DNA from: Candidatus Bathyarchaeota archaeon
GTDB lineage: Archaea; Thermoproteota; Bathyarchaeia; 40CM-2-53-6; RBG-13-38-9
Assembly (NCBI GenBank): GCA_963807605.1
Contig: CAWECG010000004.1
Span: 32,001-96,000, forward strand
Reading direction: 5' to 3'
Length of the DNA: 64,000 bases
Below the pieces are notes generated by a model, which saw only the letters and a list, made by a program, of their open reading frames with translations, ran no database searches and was not told where the DNA came from. The stretch's first letter is position 1, and the number at the start of each line of letters is the position of its first letter. Of this stretch, positions 60,627 through 64,000 are shown in pieces. The translations under genes were made by a program, and so were the position numbers.

Positions 60627-60887
60627 GTGATGATATTGCACTCGAGTTCTGCCAAGAACAGATACGCTATAATTCGATGCCCTAGGTGTGATGGTCTGCA
60701 GGTTGTTCGTTCAGGAGTGAAATCCCATGGGTGTTCCTACTGCGACAAGATCATTAGGCTTGAAGGGTCAGCAACCAGACCACTATTGCTAACCGATTCC
60801 TCTCGCGAGGCATCGAGAGTAGTCATGAAGCTCAAGAGCAAAGAGACACTTGACCGGACCTCGGGACGGACCGTGCCAAAGTCATAA
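60627..60887 (+). CDS. DUF1922-like zinc-ribbon protein
   Basis: RCPRC...CSYC. Confidence 0.65.
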   Translation: MMILHSSSAKNRYAIIRCPRCDGLQVVRSGVKSHGCSYCDKIIRLEGSATRPLLLTDSSREASRVVMKLKSKETLDRTSGRTVPKS

Positions 60888-60925
60888 AAGGGAACGGGTA
60901 GTATTGATGAAATGGTTATGCTTGA

Positions 60926-61354
60926 ATGTCATCAGTTGTCGAGCGAAGATTTAGGGAGGAACTATCGTTACTTCTCCAGAAGCCAGTTACTGTCCGAACA
61001 TCTCTTGGCAAAACATATACAGGGATCCTTTACGGCGTGGATGCAAATACCCTCAGCCTCTGTCTGGCGAACGTTAAAGACGAATCCGGTCAAGAAGTAC
61101 CTCGATTGTTCATCAATGGGAGGGCAGTCTTCGAAGTTCACGGGCTGGAGATGTCGTTCGACCTTCGTAGCTTTGCAGAGCGACTTGAGAGAGTATTTCC
61201 AAAGATGGTAAAGATAATCGATGAGGCCGGAGTCGTAGTTGTTATGGACAAGATCAGGGTTACTGAAAAAGGAGTGATCGAGGGAAGAGGTCCCGCTACT
61301 GAGCGGGTTCAGAAGGTTTACGAAGAATTCATGCGCGAGAGAAAATCTCCCTAG
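60926..61354 (+). CDS. Lsm/Sm-like protein with C-terminal domain (SmAP3 type)
   Basis: GKTYTGIL.G.D...L.L.N; FDL..FA..L...FP. Confidence 0.88.
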   Translation: MSSVVERRFREELSLLLQKPVTVRTSLGKTYTGILYGVDANTLSLCLANVKDESGQEVPRLFINGRAVFEVHGLEMSFDLRSFAERLERVFPKMVKIIDEAGVVVVMDKIRVTEKGVIEGRGPATERVQKVYEEFMRERKSP

Positions 61355-61359
61355 ATCTC

Positions 61360-62067
61360 TTATCTGTCGGTTGTGAGCTCTTTACTCTCTTTGCCTAGAA
61401 GCATCTGTGTCGCTTCAACAGCCTTATCCAAGCCGGAGACGTCCACAGTCAATCCCAAAAACCTCGACAAGAAGTCAAGTGCCACCCGTGCCGCCAATGC
61501 ATCTGGGTATAGGCCCAGTGTCTCAACGAGTATACAGTAACCATTCATCTTTCGAAGTCCTGCCAGACCGGGTAGAATACCTGCAGCCCCGTAGATCCTT
61601 CCTGTGAGTTTTGAGGCACCCAGACGTAAGGTGCCTTCAAGACTGTTCTTGTCCGTCGCAGTGCAGTAGACTTTGGGAGACGCTGAGGATGAATCCCTCT
61701 TGAGCCCACCGATCGTAACAACAGTCTGGCAGCCTAAGGATCGGACGACGTCTAGAATCCTCCCAGCAAGTTCGTATTGACCCTCAACACTCAGAGCCTG
61801 TGTATTACCGTAGAGAATGATGACATCATTCGTCGCTTCGGTCTTGGCGTAAAAGAGCTCGTTTATCGGAGACCTTATACCTCCATTTTCAGTGGTCAGA
61901 GCAATAGCCTGGAATGAGGGCAAGTGGATCGTACAGAAACGTTTTGCTTTGGTTTCCTTGATCAGATGCAGTCCAACAATATTTGCCACGAATCCTATGC
62001 CGGGTAAGGCCTCTATTAACACGGGGTTTTTCAACTGTGGCTTCTCAGAGAAGACTTCAATGTTCAA
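61360..62067 (-). CDS. PAC2-family proteasome assembly chaperone
   Basis: LIEALPGIG.V, Q....GQY, TIGG, PD..AA. Confidence 0.85.
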   Translation of the reverse strand: MNIEVFSEKPQLKNPVLIEALPGIGFVANIVGLHLIKETKAKRFCTIHLPSFQAIALTTENGGIRSPINELFYAKTEATNDVIILYGNTQALSVEGQYELAGRILDVVRSLGCQTVVTIGGLKRDSSSASPKVYCTATDKNSLEGTLRLGASKLTGRIYGAAGILPGLAGLRKMNGYCILVETLGLYPDALAARVALDFLSRFLGLTVDVSGLDKAVEATQMLLGKESKELTTDR

Positions 62068-62107
62068 TTTAGGAGATCCTTCTGGGACTCCGAGCTATCA
62101 AGAACCT

Positions 62108-62299
62108 TCAGGGCTGCTTTTTGCTTCTGAGGACTCCGCTCTGTGCAAATTTTGCCTTGGGCATCTCGTGGAATTCTATCCAGACGATCTCTTTTGAGAC
62201 CCCAAGTATCGTTACGAAGGCTTCTGTGATTGCTTCCGCAAGTTTCTCTATTTGCTCTTGGCTTCGTCCTTCGACTAGATTTACCTGAACAAAAGGCAT
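62108..62299 (-). CDS. 4-oxalocrotonate tautomerase family protein
   Basis: Pro1 (MPFVQV), EGRS.EQ..L...IT. Confidence 0.85.
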   Translation of the reverse strand: MPFVQVNLVEGRSQEQIEKLAEAITEAFVTILGVSKEIVWIEFHEMPKAKFAQSGVLRSKKQP

Positions 62300-62409
62300 C
62301 GATATCACCAAGACGGGTACTCATCGACTTCCTTAACAAGTTTCCGAGTAATTGTGCAGCTTATATGCAGCTTGACTATCCCGTAACAAATGTCTTGAGG
62401 AAGATACAC

Positions 62410-64000
62410 ATGGCGTCGAAGATGAATTTCAAACCTCTCTTAAGAAGGGATGACATTTTCGAAGTCACGAACAAAGACATGTTGGGCAGAATAGGAAGGC
62501 TTCACACAAAGAGTGGAACAATAGAGACTCCAGCACTTCTTCCCGTGGTTCATCCAACTGACCAGATAGTATCTCCAAGAGAAATCGGTAGCATGGGATT
62601 CCAAGCAATAATGACAAACGCCTATTTGACTCGTAGGGCTTTCGGTCGCGACGTAAGCAAGAGAATTCACGATCTTCTTGATTTTCCAGGGATAGTTGCA
62701 ACAGACTCCGGCGCTTATCAGATACTAACATATGGCAAGGTGGACATCAGTCAGACAGAGGTAATCAAGTTTCAGGAGCGGATAGAATCCGACATTGCCG
62801 TCATACTCGACATACCCACAGGCCTAACCGCAGATAGGAAACATGCAGAGAGCACCGTCAAAGAAACGATAGTGCGAGCCGACCTAGCCATCGGGACAAT
62901 CGAGGAGCAGAGGATCCTTTGGGTTGGCCCAATTCAAGGGGGCATTCATCTAGACTTGGTATCGCAATGCGCAGCAGAGATGAGCAAGAGGCCCTTTTCA
63001 ATTCTAGCATTAGGCAGTCCGACCCAAGTGATGGAGCAATATATGTATCGAACGCTTGTCCAGATGATCGTTGCTTGCAAGCAGAACATCAGACCGAGCA
63101 TTCCCCTCCACCTCTTCGGTGGGGGACATCCGTCGATGTTTGGCTTGGCAGTCTCTCTGGGATGCGATCTCTTTGACTCAGCTTCCTATGCAATATACGC
63201 CAGAAAGAATCGGTATCTCACACCGAATGGAACAATAAGGCTAGAGGAGCTTCAGTACTTGCCATGTTCTTGTGAGGTATGTAGAAGTCTCTCCGCCAAG
63301 GATCTGATCAATTCTCCTCCTCCTGAAAGGATGAGAAAACTCGCGATCCACAACCTCAATGCCTGTCTTGAGGAGATACGCAGGGTCAAGGAGAGTATCA
63401 TAGAAGGAAGGCTATGGGAGCTGGTCATGCAAAGGGCTAGAGCTCACCCCAGACTATTTGAGTCTATTCACGAGTTTGGAAAGTACAGGAACCTGTTCGA
63501 AGGTCACTCGCCACTATCAAAGAAGAGGGGGCTCTTCTTCTTTGACCATCTGGATCTCGATAGGCCTGAGGTCTTTAGGTTCAGAAAACGTGTGGCTAGC
63601 ATTTACCACTCACTTGAAGGGTCAAAAACGCTGGTTCTGCTTCCACTGCCTCCAACTAAACCATATGTTGAAGACAGAAATCTGAAGAATCTCCTGAAAT
63701 CAATTGACAGATCGGAAGATTTCCACGTATGTTTTTATGGCATTCCTCTTGGAGCGATTCCTCTAGAGTTGGGAGATGTCTACCCAGTCGCCCAGACAGA
63801 GGCTGATAACGAGCCAAACAGTATTGTCGTACAAGACACCGCCAAGGTCCTGGCCCAATACTTGAGGGGCTCCGGGTGTAGAAAGATAATTCTTCACGTT
63901 TCAAACGAATCTTGGCATCGTGAGATAGAATTCAGAATCAAGAAGGTATGCAGGGAGACCCATAGGAATTTGGTAATCTCGCGCTGTGGAGACGATGTTT
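62410..64000 (+). CDS. tgtA: Archaeosine tRNA-guanine(15) transglycosylase, runs off window
   Basis: GRIG.L.T..G.IETP, TDSGAYQ, HLFG.GHP, GCDLFDSASY, PCSC.VC, HNL. Confidence 0.95.
   Translation, partial: MASKMNFKPLLRRDDIFEVTNKDMLGRIGRLHTKSGTIETPALLPVVHPTDQIVSPREIGSMGFQAIMTNAYLTRRAFGRDVSKRIHDLLDFPGIVATDSGAYQILTYGKVDISQTEVIKFQERIESDIAVILDIPTGLTADRKHAESTVKETIVRADLAIGTIEEQRILWVGPIQGGIHLDLVSQCAAEMSKRPFSILALGSPTQVMEQYMYRTLVQMIVACKQNIRPSIPLHLFGGGHPSMFGLAVSLGCDLFDSASYAIYARKNRYLTPNGTIRLEELQYLPCSCEVCRSLSAKDLINSPPPERMRKLAIHNLNACLEEIRRVKESIIEGRLWELVMQRARAHPRLFESIHEFGKYRNLFEGHSPLSKKRGLFFFDHLDLDRPEVFRFRKRVASIYHSLEGSKTLVLLPLPPTKPYVEDRNLKNLLKSIDRSEDFHVCFYGIPLGAIPLELGDVYPVAQTEADNEPNSIVVQDTAKVLAQYLRGSGCRKIILHVSNESWHREIEFRIKKVCRETHRNLVISRCGDDV

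Noticed and set aside
1-64000. CRISPR array, cas genes or rRNA
   Set aside because: No regularly spaced repeat-spacer array, cas motifs or rRNA-like sequence seen

Overview
Archaeal chromosomal window, most consistent with a TACK lineage such as Bathyarchaeia (eL38, Alba, HMf-type histone, SmAP3, frequent TTG starts, multi-intron tRNAs); the taxonomy is an inference. 1-33.4 kb is mostly metabolic: rubrerythrin, ADP-forming acyl-CoA synthetase, CoA-transferase, G1 peptidase, an IS with TIRs, a NikR-like regulator with a Zn/Mn ABC transporter, DEAD helicase, nitrilase, FdhD/IscU/TusA and a decayed liv operon. It also holds a group-4 [NiFe]-hydrogenase cluster containing HdrB, whose NuoC-like subunit appears fused to an HdrC-like C-terminal tail. 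Four tRNAs (Gly-CCC, Asn-GTT, Ile2-CAT, Glu-CTC) carry 10 introns in total, one at the rare position 8/9. A ~23.6-kb tyrosine-integrase island sits in tRNA-Ile2 (att 33862-33890 / 57458-57486). It carries duplicated CPBP proteases next to surface proteins with a conserved 'PVGG' C-terminal anchor, two paralogous triple-AT-hook proteins, a nuclease-less Hef-like helicase, HEPN-like genes, an AbiE-like pair and metal-handling genes. The right end is core (rpl38e, SAMP, alba, rps17e, histone, AK6, Lsm, PAC2, tgtA). Many single-base indels, some in core genes, suggest sequencing/assembly error, so pseudogene calls are provisional.
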